NCBI GenBank assembly: GCA_017499595.2
Contig: CM039001.1
Location: 1,178,001-1,242,000, forward strand
Origin: Psilocybe cubensis
Lineage: Eukaryota
Direction of reading: 5' to 3'
Length of the DNA: 64,000 bases
The position numbers were made by a program, and so were the translations under genes. Below the pieces are notes generated by a model. That model was not told the DNA's origin. It searched no databases and saw only the letters and a list, made by a program, of their open reading frames with translations. The stretch's first letter is position 1. Each line of letters starts with the position of its first letter. Shown piece by piece: positions 36,341 to 50,753 of this stretch.

Positions 36341-39300
36341 ATGGGAAAAAAGGGAAAAGGAAAACAGAAGCAAGATGAGAAACTGGCAACTGGTAATGAT
36401 AATGCTACTCTACTTCAACCACCATTAGCCACGGAGGGCGCTAATGTGCCCATGATGGACATCGGTAGGTTATCTTTCATGTCTAACACATCATACTCTG
36501 ATTTAATCGCATTGCAGGCAATATGCATTCGCCCATGCATCCTCCATCTATCCACCAAGAACATATTCAACAGGTATCCCAAGGCACAGCCTGGGGTTCC
36601 GCTCCTGGAGATGGAAATTGGGATTCTCCTGGTGGTGGCTTCACTGAATCTGCGATCCATACAGACAATTGGGCCTCTGGAACACGAGAAAACGATGGTT
36701 GGCATCACGCAGATAGTTTACTTGATCCCCCACCAGTCCATTCACATAACATCTTACCTACCATTCACGAGCAAATTCACGAGCAGTCATCCTCCGGCCA
36801 TTTTGAAACCAGGACGGAATCTATCGTAGGCAGTGAGATATATTCTGACGACGACTACGGTCAAGAAACACATCGAGGTTTTCATTCCCCATACCCGCAG
36901 AGTCGCACTGGAACAGCGACAGCCGCCGCTTCCGCTATGGGCAGCCCTCGACCAGCCCCACCCGTCTCTCTTTCGCAGGCTGCTGCTGAAGCTGCAAAAT
37001 TGAATAATCAACACATGAGTCATGCGAGCGAAGCCGCTCGGAAACTGGAGGAGAGTAAAGCACGTCAGAAAGACAGCTCTGCTCTTGCTAGTTCCGCGGT
37101 TCCTACTCCTGCTGTGCAACATGTACCCCTTGCTCCTCCTACCCCTCCTGCACCGGATCGCACCAAGATGTCTACAGCGTCAGCATATGCGGCACTTCAC
37201 GAGAAAAAGAACGCCCCTTCCGCTGTCAAAACCCCGTCCGCCCAACCCTCAACCTCCGGAGGCAAAAACACCTGGCAGTTCCGTCCTGTTCATCCAGGAG
37301 ATGAAAATGCCAGAATCATCCCTACAGATCCCAGTTGGATCATGACTGGCGGTAACGAGTGGAGTAATAAACATCGTACATCCAAAAGTGCCCCTGCAGT
37401 CCCCACCGCCGCATACATTGACGAGGATGCTTGGAATCGACATTTGAATCATTACCGACAAGCTCAGCAAATGCAACAGGCGATCCATGACAAAAAAGTT
37501 CGCCAGGCCTTCCCAGCTCAGCATAGACCTCAGCATAGTAAACATCACTCGCATCCGGGGCACCCTATGCACCACCAGGGACCTCAACATCTTCACGAAC
37601 GCCAACATCAGCGTCACCAGCATCAGCAACCTCACCACCCTCAACAGCCACAAAAGAATCCAAAGCAAAATCAAAAGTGGCAACGTTGGGGTAAAGATGG
37701 ATGGAATGAAGAAGAGGAAGAAGAGACAGAGGAATATTCGGAATCTGGCGAGGAAACAGTCGATGAATGGGCAACAGCTGCACAGCACTCTGATGCCTGG
37801 GCCCACTCCGGTGGATGGGAACAGCCAACAAGATTTGCAGGGGAACGAGGCCGAGTACCGGATAAAAAAGCAGAAAATCATTGGGGGCAAGCAGAACCTT
37901 GGGGAGAAGTCGCTGGTTCCGGGACTGGATGGCGTCGTGAGGCTAGTGAAGGAGGGGGCTGGGGAGAGGCATGGGGGAAACAAGGCGGGCAACAACATCA
38001 CCAGCACCAGCAACAACAACAAAAGCAGCATTCTGTTCAACGTGGCCACCATCCAGGCCATGGAAATGAGTGGGGTTCGGAAGGAGGCTGGGGCCAGGAA
38101 ACTTCAGCGTGGGGGAAAACTGATGAAAATGCATGGGGTTTGTTGGGAGTTGGGGGAGATCGGGGAAAAGTGTCAGAGTGGGACACTGGGGGAGATCGAG
38201 GAATCGGCGGAGCAACAAATTCTAGGTCTGAATGGCCGGCAACTGCTCAACATAATCAATCAAAGATACCCGCCAACGTCGCCGATATGTCAGGGAGTCG
38301 GAACACAGTGTCGGCTCAACAGCGTTCACAGATATTAAATTCTTTTCTCAATAATGCTCAAGGTCAAAAGCATGCTGGAGGGAATGCTGCACAACTTCAC
38401 GCATCTGCACTTGCTGCCGCTCAAAAAGGACTTCCAAAAAACAAAGTTCAGCATGATGCCTGGGTGGGAGGAGCTTGGGAAGCTGAAGATGATGGCTGGG
38501 GCTCTTTGGAGGATGAGGATGGGTACGGTGGTAATAGACGGGTACATTTCTCTCCCAAAACTTCCGACATCTGGGGTGGCAGTCCTCGTAGCGTCCCGTC
38601 TAAAACTTTAGTACACGCTCAGCAAGGCCTCGCGACAACACCGATAAATGACGCCTCCAATGTTCGTTTTGTCGAATCCCGAGGTGCAGCATTCGCCTAT
38701 GTCTCAAGCGCCTTCTTCGGAAATTCCCGACTGGCCCGCGAGAGGATACATTGGATGTTTCCAGTGAACAAAGACAAGCGTGTTGCAGCCATGCATGCAT
38801 GGGTACAGAAGATGTCATTTAATATTGGCACGTACGGGGTATGTCTTTTCCATTCATCTTTAATCATTTCAGCTGATAGTCATTTTTTTAGCTTTTGAAA
38901 TTTCTTCAAACTCGTGAAAGGGGAGCATTGTTCTTGAATACAATTTTCAGAATGCACCAATTTCCCCAGGATCCTGCATTTGATTGGCTTACCTTTAATC
39001 AACTTCAAGGGACAATGGACAAGACATTACAAGAGTCCGTAGCATTCTATGATCCCGCCCGTTTGGTTATTGTGTTTGTATATCTGCCTTCACAAACTGG
39101 TAACAGCGTGGCAATTTGGCGGATAAAGGTCAATGTTCCAGATAATGCCAGGATCAAATACCAGCAGGAGGTTTCTGCGATAACAAAAACTCTGCGAAAA
39201 GATACAGAATACATTGTCATGGTCGATGAGTAAGTTTCCTTTTGTGTTTGTGGCCACAACCATTAATTTTATTTGTAAAATAAGGATACCTCCCAAGCCA

Positions 39301-39438
39301 AAAGCTCCACAGAAAAGTGGTCTACTACGCAAGACTTCATTGACGAAATCCAAATCGAACGCCAAAAACCTCCCCTATACACCGAACGTCAAGTCTGCCC
39401 CAAAGGAAAAGCGAAAGTGGTGGAAGATTTTCAGCTGA
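36341..39438 (+). CDS. Large low-complexity protein with His/Gln tracts, many WG/GW motifs and an unassigned C-terminal globular domain
   Basis: Long exon 36518-38839 plus flanking exons; C-terminal 'RERGALF...DWLTF...FYDPARLVIVFV'; ends KRKWWKIFS*. Confidence 0.75.
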
Positions 39439-39839
39439 GTTTTGGCTTATTTATGTATATTGTTTCCAAGCTTCTGCACTGTTTGTTTCCGAATTTGCAT
39501 GTACTTTTTTTGCTTATACCTTGCTTCTTTGCTGTCTGTATACCATAACATTATTTGTAACATTAGTACCCCCATTTCCCACTTTTTCATGATATCCTAG
39601 GCATTTATACCTCTCATGGCAATTTTTAATTCTTCAATTCATACAATTATTGACGTAACCTCTAAGTGCAACCAGGCGCAACTTTGGATAGCTTTATTTT
39701 TTTTTTTTTTGGTCAACCAATGCCTTGCTTCTTCGACACATGATCTAACTCCGGGTAGGATTGCTGATGGGAGTGTGGTATTCAGGGATGAGAGCAGCTT
39801 GCTACTTGCGTATACTGTGCATCAGACCCACTCATCATC

Positions 39840-40626
39840 ATGGAAGGACTAGGAAATACAAGACGCACTCCAGATAGTTTCGAACAGACTCAACATTCCA
39901 GTAACGGAAGACGCAATTACCCTGCCATCCTCCATGTTGCTGTTATATCTACGTTTCTCATCCCCATTGCACTCTTCCCATACATGGCAGCACGACGGCA
40001 GATATTTATCCTCCAAAGAAAGATAGAGATGTTGGAGAAAGATACACAACTCTTTAAAGACACCATGAAAGTTGCAATAGCCGATCAATCGTTGGCTAAC
40101 GCGGAAATCAGCCGGGTTCGAGAGTCGGGACAGCTCTCCATGGAACGTATAAACCAACTTCAGCATCAGGTGTCGAAGCAAGAGTCTGAACGCACAGTTA
40201 CCGAAAAAGAGTTACGAGTGGGCCTCCGACAGCTTCTGGACGAAACGCAACATTCTCGGTACATGTATTCGGGGCTATTTTTTGTAGTTCAAAGGAATCT
40301 GACAGCTTGTTTGTGGGTCATTTACAGAACACAAACAGCAACACTGCGTGCCCTTGGGATGAGTTTGGCTGATATTGCCGCGTTTATGCAAGAAGTTGAG
40401 CTAAACTTTGGATTACGCCAGCGGCATGATCATAGGGGGATAGACAGAATGAGGTTGTTAGCTCTTCGAATGCAAAGTCTTTCGCAGCCAGAGGATCACA
40501 CCATACAGGTCGGTTAGCAGCAATTGTTCACAGCTTACAATCACACAGAGACTGAACACCTCGTTCAAAAAGGGTTCGAAACCACGTCCTGCCGCTGCCG
40601 GCGGAACCGCCCAGAAAGAGAATTAA
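39840..40626 (+). CDS. Hypothetical single-TM plus coiled-coil protein
   Basis: Hydrophobic 'ILHVAVISTFLIPIALFPY' followed by heptad-rich helix; 2 predicted introns. Confidence 0.6.
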
Positions 40627-40978
40627 TTACGTTGTACAAATTATTTGCTGTTTGATTGGTGTATTAAATTTTTGTAAACTGACTGCAATTCTGAATGAAT
40701 ATTTCTATCTGTGCGAGATACATCCAACTCCAGTAGTTGACAATAACTTCTGCCTGATGTCGTGCGCTGCCATTGGATATATTCTCACGTGTCTTTCCGC
40801 TTGTTTGAATTACTATCATAACAATTTCCATTCACAGCGAACCCGGTCCTGCCTCATTGCTAGTCGCACTCTCGATTATCGCGCCTGCCCTTTTCCGCAA
40901 GCTATGCGGTGCATAGTGATCATACCTTGACGCCAAATACTCGTCTTGGGGCCTTGAACTTGTTGTACACCCTAAATT

Positions 40979-43900
40979 ATGGATGACCAAGCTATCGCAT
41001 CTGGAGCGGTCAGTGACCTCGATACACGCGTCGCACCACTTAACATTCCAACAACGTCTTCATCCACAACTTCTGAAAACAAATCAGCCGGCGAAGAACA
41101 AGCTCTCGAATCACATGAAGTAATTGAATTGCAGACATTTAGTGATAGGAAGGCTTGGATTGAGGACAAAATCAAGGCATGTCCGTTCATGTATATCTTA
41201 TTGAGCTCTAAGTCAATACAATTTTCTAGTTTCTCGAGTCATTGCCGCCAATCGATGTTTTCGCTGGTCTAGAGGCATTGAAGTCTTCTTCTGAAGATAT
41301 TCCTGGGCTTCCTACGCGACTTGAATTACAGAGATGGGTCACAGAACACGATGCTATTGAGAAAGAAACCGAAATTTTTGACACTGGGGAACTAACAAAG
41401 CTGAGACAATTAACGAAAGGTGGATAAATTAGATACCTGGGGTGTATTTTATTGATCATCAGTGCTATAGCTGCGACGCAAAGAAACCTCTCCCCAGAAG
41501 ACACTGACGTGATTGAACTGACACTGACGACTATATACGGACTTGACAAATTGTTGCATCTTCTACGGGACCGCTCTGAAAATTTGGAAATGATGGCGAT
41601 CAGATTAACCTGGGAAGAGAGTAGGCAGCAATCTTGGAAAGAAAGGCGGCAAATTATTCAGGACCTGGAGACCTTTTCCACAAGCCGAGCGCGTTGGAAT
41701 CCGTCAATATACGACACCAGTACGAAAATGGAGGAGGCCCCAACTCTTTCACGCCGCGCTTCAAATGCATCCCTTGCGTCCGTCGGTTCGGACAATACTG
41801 CAAATTCTCGTGCCTTTTCTAGAACTGCGCGCTTCAAACTAGCAGAAATGTTATCACGAGATGCGGCCCAGTTTTCTGGAAGGGTTACAGGACTTAAACA
41901 TGGGAAGGTTGCTGCTGCGGGAAAAGCATTAGACAAATTAATTGACCACAGCAGAAAGCCTGTCCCTGACGAACTTCTTGACGAACAAGATCGGTTGGAG
42001 GAAAAGTGCATCAATGAGATGGAGAATATCAGTAAGTTCACGATGAACCTGGTCATGCAATGGCGCAAGTACGACAATTTTACTTATTGGTCGGTTTACT
42101 GCGTCTAACTTAATATTACAGGGCGGATGAGGTATACGTTGAAACCATGAAGGATCATACTGCAGCTTCCAATCTGCTTGAAGAGATTGAAATAGCGAAG
42201 TTACATCACCCGACTGCTCGTCAAAGTGCATCATTTGTTTCCCGCATCGATACCATATTGAAGAGGTTGGCTGTTCGTGGAGATCCATCAGCAGCAGCCA
42301 GTTCATTCCCTCATCCAGAACACCCCCTTCTCCCTGACCAAAAGGCCGCCAATGAGGCCTTGGTCAGAACGTTGTCAAACGAAATCGACAAAGCAAATCA
42401 ATTGGCCAAAAAAGTTGATGGTATTGCTAGAGATTTTCGTACAGCGTATGAAGCGGTTAAACGCGCCGAGGCGTTAGTTACGGGCGCTGAAGAACTGTCC
42501 TCTACCCTTTCTTCCTTCATCACCAAGCTCGAGGAAGGTATTTCAACTGATGAAGGAGACGGTTCCTCCCCCGACCTTTCTACCGACCGTTGCTTGGATC
42601 CTACCAGGCATTCTGTGTTTTTGGCCTTCCTCCCATCTCTTCTGGAATCCACTCAACGAACTATAGAGGAAGTCCGGGACACCTTAAACATGGCTCCATC
42701 TGTTCTGATAGGACTGGAACTTCCTGGTATTGATCCCAAGTTCAAAGAAAATGCTGCTGTCACCGTTGGTAATCTTGCTTTAATCCGAGACAAAGCATCG
42801 TCCGTTCGTGATTCCATTGTCCACACTGTTGCCAGATTACGGGAATGCAGGAAAATATCAGCCTCTATCAATTCGAAAGCGACCATGGTGAAGGCTTTAA
42901 AATCACAGATCTTGGATTACATACAACAAGAGCGTTGGCAGCAAGAGTCTGGTAACATGGATCCACCTCCTACTCCGGAGGGTTCAACTCCTTCCCCTTT
43001 CAATACCATCGGTTTAAATTTTGATGACAGTTTTCTCCAGATAGAATCTCAATTAAAACTCGAAATCACTGATCCGCTGGATGCTCTGTCTGCGAATTTG
43101 CAACCTCAGTTGCTATCGTGCCTGAAGGAAATGGAAAACCGACTTCAAGAATCTTTGCAAAAGGGAAATCGCTTTTTGCGTGTACTCTATGCCATTAGGG
43201 AACAAGCTGCTGCCATGAAATCAACTCGAGATCAATTTTATCAAATCCTATCACGAATTGAAGACTGTAAGGCTCAAATACAAGAATCTATTGGAATCAC
43301 CATGGGAACAACGGTGGATGACTCTCCGATGGCAGAGCAGAAGATTATCGACATCGAAGTCTTCGAAGAGGATGTTACAGGGTTTGTGAACAGTCTCACC
43401 CATCGCATTCCCTTTGTTTCTCAGCATACTATACACCGGAAAACTGCGGTTAATCCTACATCTCCATCTTACATGTCAACAACGTACTCTGCTTCGGATG
43501 TCTTGGATGACTTTGCTATTGATATTGTTTCTGTGGATGCCGGCGTTCGAGCGGATTCGAATACATATGCAATGCGGCTCTGCGGCGAACTGGATACTCT
43601 CAAAAAAGCACGAAAGCACCTCAACTTGGCCATGAAAGCAAAACTAGTTGATCGAGCCTTAAAGTGTGCCAACGACGACATTGACACCATTACAGACGAA
43701 TTGGCTTTGCAAAACTCATTACTTTCCAGTATACCTCGGAATAGTGTCGAAAGCATAGAACAGCTCATTTCACTATCCGACACACTGGGTACATTGGGTA
43801 ACAAGAGTATTAGCATTGGCAAATCATTTACACCAACTCGCGTGGTCCTTCGAGAAATGGATGAACTTTCTGATGTTCTAGATTCTTCCACAAGGCAATC

Positions 43901-46900
43901 ACTATTCAAATCTCGGAATGATGCCGCCAATAATGTGGAACTCAGGCTCAAGAATTGGGACCAAGGATTTGCAGCCTTAAAAGATTCTGTGCTGACCGCT
44001 CTCGCAAGGGAACGGCAGCATCAGGAAGAACTAAAGGCTGCAGAGGAACGTCGACAGAAGGCTGAAGCAGAACGCAGGGCTGCTGAGGAACAAGAACGTC
44101 TTCGCTTAGAGGAGGAGGCAAAAATTGCCGCAGAGCAACGTCGTATATTGGAAGAAAAGCTTGTAGAGGAACAACGCATTGAGTTGGAGCGTCAGCGCAA
44201 AGCATTAGAACGTGTGGAATGCGAGCGTCTCGCACAAGAGGCGGCGGCTGCAGAACAATTAGCCCTCGAGAAGCTCGAGAAACAGGCAACGGCCACTCAT
44301 GCCCAGGAACTAAAGGACAAACTACAAAAAGAAGAAGCCGAAAGGGCAAAGCTTGAGCGAGAGCGAATAGAGATGTTGGCGAAGATACATGAGGCCGAAT
44401 TGCAGCTTGAGAACGAGCGTCGCTTGCACGCCGAACGTGAGGCAGCGGCCGTGGAGCTGGAAAAGGAGCGTCAGTTACAAATGGAACTTCAACGTAAAGA
44501 AGACGAAGCACAAAGACTTGCTCAGGAGCAGAAAAGTCGGGCTCAAGTGGAGGAGCTTGTGAAGCAACAAAAATTACAATTGGAACAGTTAGCCCAAGAA
44601 CAAGCTCAAATGTTGGAAATAGAAAGGCTGGAACGGCATCAGGAGGTCGAGGCTCATCGTATTAACGAAGAAAAAAGTCGGAGAATGAAAGAAGAGATTG
44701 AAAAGCAACAAGAAACCGAGCGACAACATATCGAGGACGAGAAGTCACTCCAAATTGAAAGTATTCGGGCAGAGGCAAAGAGGTTAGCTGAAGAACAAAC
44801 GCGGAGGAACGAAGCAGAGTTACTTGAGAGGCAACATCAACTTGAGAAGAAGAGAGTAGATGAGGAACGCGCCGCGCAAGCCAAGATAAAAGAGCTTGTC
44901 GAATCCGAGGCTTTGAGAGCTGCGGAAGAGCTGGCGCACCGAGCAACGCTCGAAGACCTGACAAAGCAACGCGAAGCTGAGAAGCAAAGGCTAGTTGATG
45001 AACTCGCAAAATCGGAAACTGCCAGAGCTCTTGCAGAACAGGCGCTTCAAATGCAATTAGAACAAGCAGCAAAAGAATTTCGGGCAGCGGAGAGCTCCAA
45101 CAAAATTGACGAAGCGGGTAAGTATATTTGCAGATTTTCGCCTTTCCAACTAATAATTTTTCTCAGACGTGTTTGGGAATCAGGCAACACCGAACCCATC
45201 AAACCTTCCACGCTCAAAAGAATTGGCCAGACTTCAATCTCAACTTGTTGCACTCCGTAAACGCTTGCGCTCAATTGGGCTCAACGAAGCTAGTCGACCT
45301 TCGAAATCATCATCAACATTGCCCACTGATGAAGTGTACAATAAAATGCAGCGCGACCTGTCCTCACTATCTTCTGACTTTAAAACGTTCCCTTCTGACA
45401 TCAATGATGGTACATTTAACACGGATTTCAATCTTCTGAAAGCTGAACTAGAAGAAGCTTTCGTCTCCCTCCAGGACATAGGAAAACTCGCCCGTGTTCA
45501 CAATTCTGTTCAAGCATGCGACGCCGCCTTGAGCGATCTTTTAGAACACATTGATAGTTTCCCTGCAGCACCACTAGGCGTGCTATCTTCCTCTCATCGA
45601 AGTGTTCCGACGGCAGCTCCAGCAGAACAACTCTTATCACGTCTTAATTTCACTCGTAAAATCGTTGATGATCTTGTCGCAAAGTCTGAAAGTGTCATTG
45701 ACGACCATCGAGTAAGATCGGAGCATTCTCGAATCCAACAAACTTGGGCCGAACTTGAGGAAATGGCTAATGACCGAATTAGTGGAAACAGATCCCGCCC
45801 TAGCAGTACGATTAGTAGAAACAGTTCTAGGGCCGGACGAAACAGCAATGCATCAATGCCAGCTCCGTCTCTTCCGACACAAAGTCGTTCAACAAGAAAG
45901 AAAGATTCGTACTCAAACTTATCAGTATCCTCTGTTTCCATGCCGTCAAAGGGAAAGATGCTTGCTCCTCCCGTTCCACAAACAAAGACACGTCGAGTAA
46001 CGTCTGGATCAAATGATTTGACAGCTAGCCGCTCAACAAGCCGGCTGTCAAGTATATCTTCGAATCGTTCAGTGTCAGGACCACTGAACTCATCTTTATA
46101 CGGTTCAACATTTGCCTCCAGACAGCGCACTGCTAGTCTTTCGAGCACTGTTACAACGCCAACTCGGACCCCATCTCTTTCTTCGCGCAGTCGTATGGCG
46201 AGCGAATCAAAGACAATACGAAGCCATTCTCCTGCTCTTTCAGAAATCTCAAATCACTCACAGTCACACTCTCGCTCTTCTTTGGGCCCTTCCCGTTCTA
46301 CTGCCAATCCTTCTACCTGGTCGCGGGCACCCAGAGATTCTTTTTCTTCAATAATTTCACGCCCACGTACAGTAACACCAGTCAAAAGACCTGATGCGGC
46401 AACAAGAAAAAAGTACGTGGCTGATCCGAAAAGTAAATTGGACATGGCTGTAGGGGATGTTGTCAACCAACTTCCAGTGGGCATCAACGTCGAAGGCATC
46501 ACGGAGAGTTGGCGAGATCAAAGTGGAAAATACTGGATTGGTAACCAGGACCCGAAGTTATGTTTTTGTCGTATTCTGCGTTCCCAAACCGTCATGGTAC
46601 GCGTGGGTGGTGGGTGGTCGGAACTCTCCAAGTATGTCGTATTTCTTAATTTTCTTCCTAGACTAATGTATGTTCTGCTAGATTCATCAAAGACCATTTT
46701 GCAGAGAGCTTTAGGATAGCACCGGACTCGCCTCGAATAGGACCACAGGACAAGTGGATCAGTTCTACTTCGTTGATGGAGTCAATGTCACTGAAACCTT
46801 TATCGCCACCACCTCTTTCACCTCCACGCGCCCCTCACACTCCCGAGCCATCTTTTTCTTTCGTCCCATCGTTTTCACTTATGACGCCCAGTGGTCACAG

Positions 46901-47093
46901 TCCACAGTCGCTAAAGTCGTCTCCCTCCGCAAGAGGGGGTTCTCCTCTGGCGCCATTGCAGTACATCAGAAAAGCGGAGCCAGAGAATCACTCCACCAAC
47001 CTGCTCCGGCCAGTGACACCGTCAAAACCACCTCAGCGGGGTAGAACTTCGAATACCAATACACCGTCACGCCACTCCGTTTGGAGACCATAA
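40979..47093 (+). CDS. Large helical/coiled-coil cytoskeletal linker with C-terminal GAR (GAS2) microtubule-binding domain
   Basis: 'GKYWIG...LCFCRILRSQTVMVRVGGGWSELSKF' GAR signature; long E/R/K/Q coiled coil at ~44.0-45.1 kb; Ser/Arg-rich linker. Confidence 0.85.
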
Positions 47094-47348
47094 ACGTTAT
47101 ACGCGATATATTTCACATTCTATTTTTTTCTACTGCTTTCCACTCCTTAGAATCTTTTTATACAAACCTGGTTTTCGCTCGGCATACTTATATATTAGCT
47201 ATCTCATCTGCAACACCTATTTTTCCTTGTCACAGCATCGCATTCCTAACAACATTCTATTCTATTCCATCCATGGACAATTGTATTTCTAAGTCATTGT
47301 TTACCATACTTCATTGGCCATCGACGTCTATATCACTGGTTATACCTA

Positions 47349-49237
47349 TCAATATCTAGCTCTCTTCTTCGGACGATGACTTTCTTCATTTTCTTTGTCA
47401 ACTTTGAAATCAATATGATGTGTCCTCTTCATGTGTCGCTTTAGAAGGTCCTGACGCACAAAGGTTGTAGCGGGTGAGGGACAAAGATGACAAGAAAATG
47501 GTCGAATTCCGGTATGGCTTAATTCGTGACGCTTGCATTCGTTCTTTCGCAGAAATCGAGACGAACTAATATCCTCCGGGTTAGTGACAACAGAATCTGA
47601 AATACATTGGAACAAACTTGCCAGTGCATGCACTTGAACGGTCTCTGGTCCAAATGTGCACCCACATGGATCAGGATATGGTCACGACGCTTATTACTCT
47701 GTTTGCAACCAGAGACATAGCAGCGGAACTCTTCGACTAATTCACCTTTTTCGGAAAGCTTTCCGGCAAACGAGATGAGCCATCGTTTATCATAGTCACG
47801 ACCTTGATTCCTTAAGCGATATCTTTCAGCCTTAGCCTTGAGGTCTTCGATGTCGATTCCCCGGTGAGCGTCGAAAACAGGAGTTCCCAAATTCAAGGGG
47901 ACATGATTATACTGCTCATTATCCTGGTACTCCGGAAAACTATCAGGTTCTTCTGCCTCCGATTTACGCGTGTTTCTTCTTGTAGTGATCCTAGAAGATT
48001 GGTTTCTTTTTATCCCCAAAGGTTTTAAAGGAGGAGAATACTCAGAGCTGGATGGACTTGGGAAAATGGAAGGTTCGTCATCACTTATTTGCTCGGAATT
48101 TTGGAGCTTAGATCTGGCTAACGTCAAGTTGGTATGTTCTTCATATGGAGAAGCGGTATCTGGGCCTGGAGTGGTTGCGTCAAGATGAGATCCAGTCTCC
48201 GGAGTACCAACTGAATTATCAGGGGAAGATTTTAAGCAAGTATCCTTGTGAGATGAAGATACATCATCTGGATGAAGGAGAAAAAGACGTTCCGGGACTA
48301 TGTCTGGAGCAGTTACAGGCACAGAATAAATATCAGCGGGGTTGACTCCCACACAATCCGAGTTCCAGGATGATTCTAGGTGTCGCATGTTGATATCAGC
48401 CAGCGGAAGGGCCAAAGGTGGAGTCCGAGTCCGCGAGGGTAACCAGGTAGAAATCTGATTCATATTTATGTACTCATCAGGGGTCTGCAAAGGACCAGGA
48501 TTAAAGGCAAGAGTATCCGATATGAGCATATCGCCAGACATTCGTCTTAGAGTTTCCTCAGCAGTTGCTGACACCTGGGCAGCAAATTCAGCTACCGATA
48601 ATCCCGTAAAGGTGGAGATCTTTTCAAAAGACCAAGTAGCCTCTGAATCCTCGGAAGCATTGCTCGAGAAAGGATCAAAACAAGCTCTCATATCACCTTT
48701 TGAAGACTCGGAAGCACTGTCCGTAATCGCATTCTCCCCCGCCAGCCCAGCGCCACTCAAAGAAGATGAAAATGCCCATGGAGACCCAAGAGTAGGCGAA
48801 TGGTTAACTAGTTCTTCCTCTGCCAGGTCATAGATCGAATCTTTCCTGCAAGTGTGACCCATTGACCGGCGTTCAAGTAGCTGATGTCCCAGCCAACTGT
48901 CCGTCCGAGAAACTTGACACTCATCCATGTTAGCATCCTTAGGTTCTTTCAATAGTTCTATATTCCTTATTCCAAGCCCAGAAAGCGATAATTCTGTTTC
49001 TGGATTTGCCCTAGAATTGTCCAGATGGTTAGACTGAAAATCTGAGTAGGTGTCGCCAAAAGGATCTGCCAATGGAGAAAAATACTGGTCTGGCCAATCA
49101 CGAGGTAAAGTCAGGGGAGTAGATTGAAAGGTATAGGTCGATTGGAATGGGGAAGAAGTTGTGCAGCCGGTGTATGCCAAAGCGACACCTGAAAAATCAT
49201 GGTGAGGAGACTCGCCGTAGAGATGGCAGTCGGCCAT
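47349..49237 (-). CDS. C2H2 zinc-finger transcription factor (3 C-terminal fingers)
   Basis: 'CYVSGC..H..H', 'RPFKCMHC..RHELSH', linker 'TGIRPF', 'CHLC...RHMKRTH'; acidic Ser-rich N-terminus; one GC-AG intron. Confidence 0.88.
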
Positions 49238-49493
49238 GAGATTTTGTAGGTGAAGGTATAGTAATGTACAGGAAGGGAGAAAGACCAAAAGCCCCAAAGG
49301 CGCCCTTCAAGGACGCAAAAAAAAGAAAAAGAGTAGGCGGGCAACTTCAAGTTGACCTGGCGCCGTCGATGCATATGCTAGTAGGGAATAAATGGTGAAG
49401 ACCTGTAATGTTAGGGGTATTTGCATTTGCTTGTCTAGAGTGCCACGGCGGGCGGCCCGAATCGCGTTCACATCCCTACCCTTTGCAGCAAAA

Positions 49494-50683
49494 ATGTGGA
49501 GACACTTGCAGCGTTCATGCCATCGACCCCTTCATCCCATTTACTCGCGTCCTTATTCTCAGCTACCCGGGAAAAATGTCTTTACGAAACATAATATTTC
49601 TTGCAGTGCTCCACCGGAGTTATCTTCAGGAAAACGCATTGCCAACGTTTTAATTGCTTTCTGCGCTGGCTTCTCTATCTACTTCTTCCTTGATGAGCCT
49701 GCTTCACAGTTCGAAAGACCGTCAAATTCACCCAACAAATTTATCTTGTCTAAAGTCATATCTAATGAGGACTCGGGACCTGGCACAAAGCTTCTCAAAA
49801 TTGCTGCACCGACTTATTTCTTGCCCCACAACAATACGGCGAACAGTTTTGATCCTATATGGTCAGTTTATATCAAAGATGATGATATACAAGTCGAAAG
49901 GCCTTACACGCCATTGAATGGTGTCGATGAAAACGGACAAATGACATTTTGGATCAAGAAATACCCCAACGGAGAGGTCGGGCGTTGGCTTCACACCAAA
50001 CGCATTGGTGAGCCAATAGAATTCCGCGGTCCGCTTACAACCTGGACATGGAGAGAAGACACCTGGGATGAAGTTGTGATGGTAAGAGCAGTATTCCCAT
50101 CGTTTTAACATTAGCTGACAGTCAATGTATAGATTTCTGGTGGCACAGGCATAACACCTTTTGTTCAATTATTTCACAACGTGATATCGAAGTCCCCAAA
50201 CACAAAGACACGATTCACTTTACTGCACTCTTCTCGTGTACCTGAGGAGTTGCCTCCACCTTCTCTTTTAGATCCCATGATTACCTTCTCGATAGACAAC
50301 CCAGACAAGTTAAAATTTCATGTCTTCGTGGATGAGCAAGATGGATCCGAACCTTCCACAAGTATTCCCGCAATTTACACTGGAAGAATATCAGAAAATA
50401 CTTTAAAACGTCATGTATTTCCGGAAGAACCTAAGATATCATGGTGGATGAGCCTTTTCACCAATCCACCCCCGACCCCCGACCCTCGCTCACGTCGAAT
50501 ACTATTTCTCGTATGCGGACCTGAGCCGTAAGCAATAGTTCTTTTAAATTTGGTTTTGTCTGACCGTATGCCAGGATGATAAGTGCAATTGCTGGTCCTT
50601 ACGGCCGCAATTTTTCACAAGGATCTGTAGGCGGAATACTGGGTAAATTGGGCATTGTTTCCGATCAAGTGTACAAATTATGA
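49494..50683 (+). CDS. Mitochondrial FAD/NAD(P)H oxidoreductase, Cyc2 / cytochrome b5 reductase-like
   Basis: Presequence and TM segment, 'VERPYTP', 'IKKYPNGEVGRWL', 'RGP', 'ISGGTGITPF', 'VCGP', 'QGSVGGILG'. Confidence 0.82.
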
Positions 50684-50753
50684 CATGTCGCATTTTTTTA
50701 TGTGCGTTAATTTAATCGATGATTATGTGTTATAATTTCAGGCAACTAAACCC

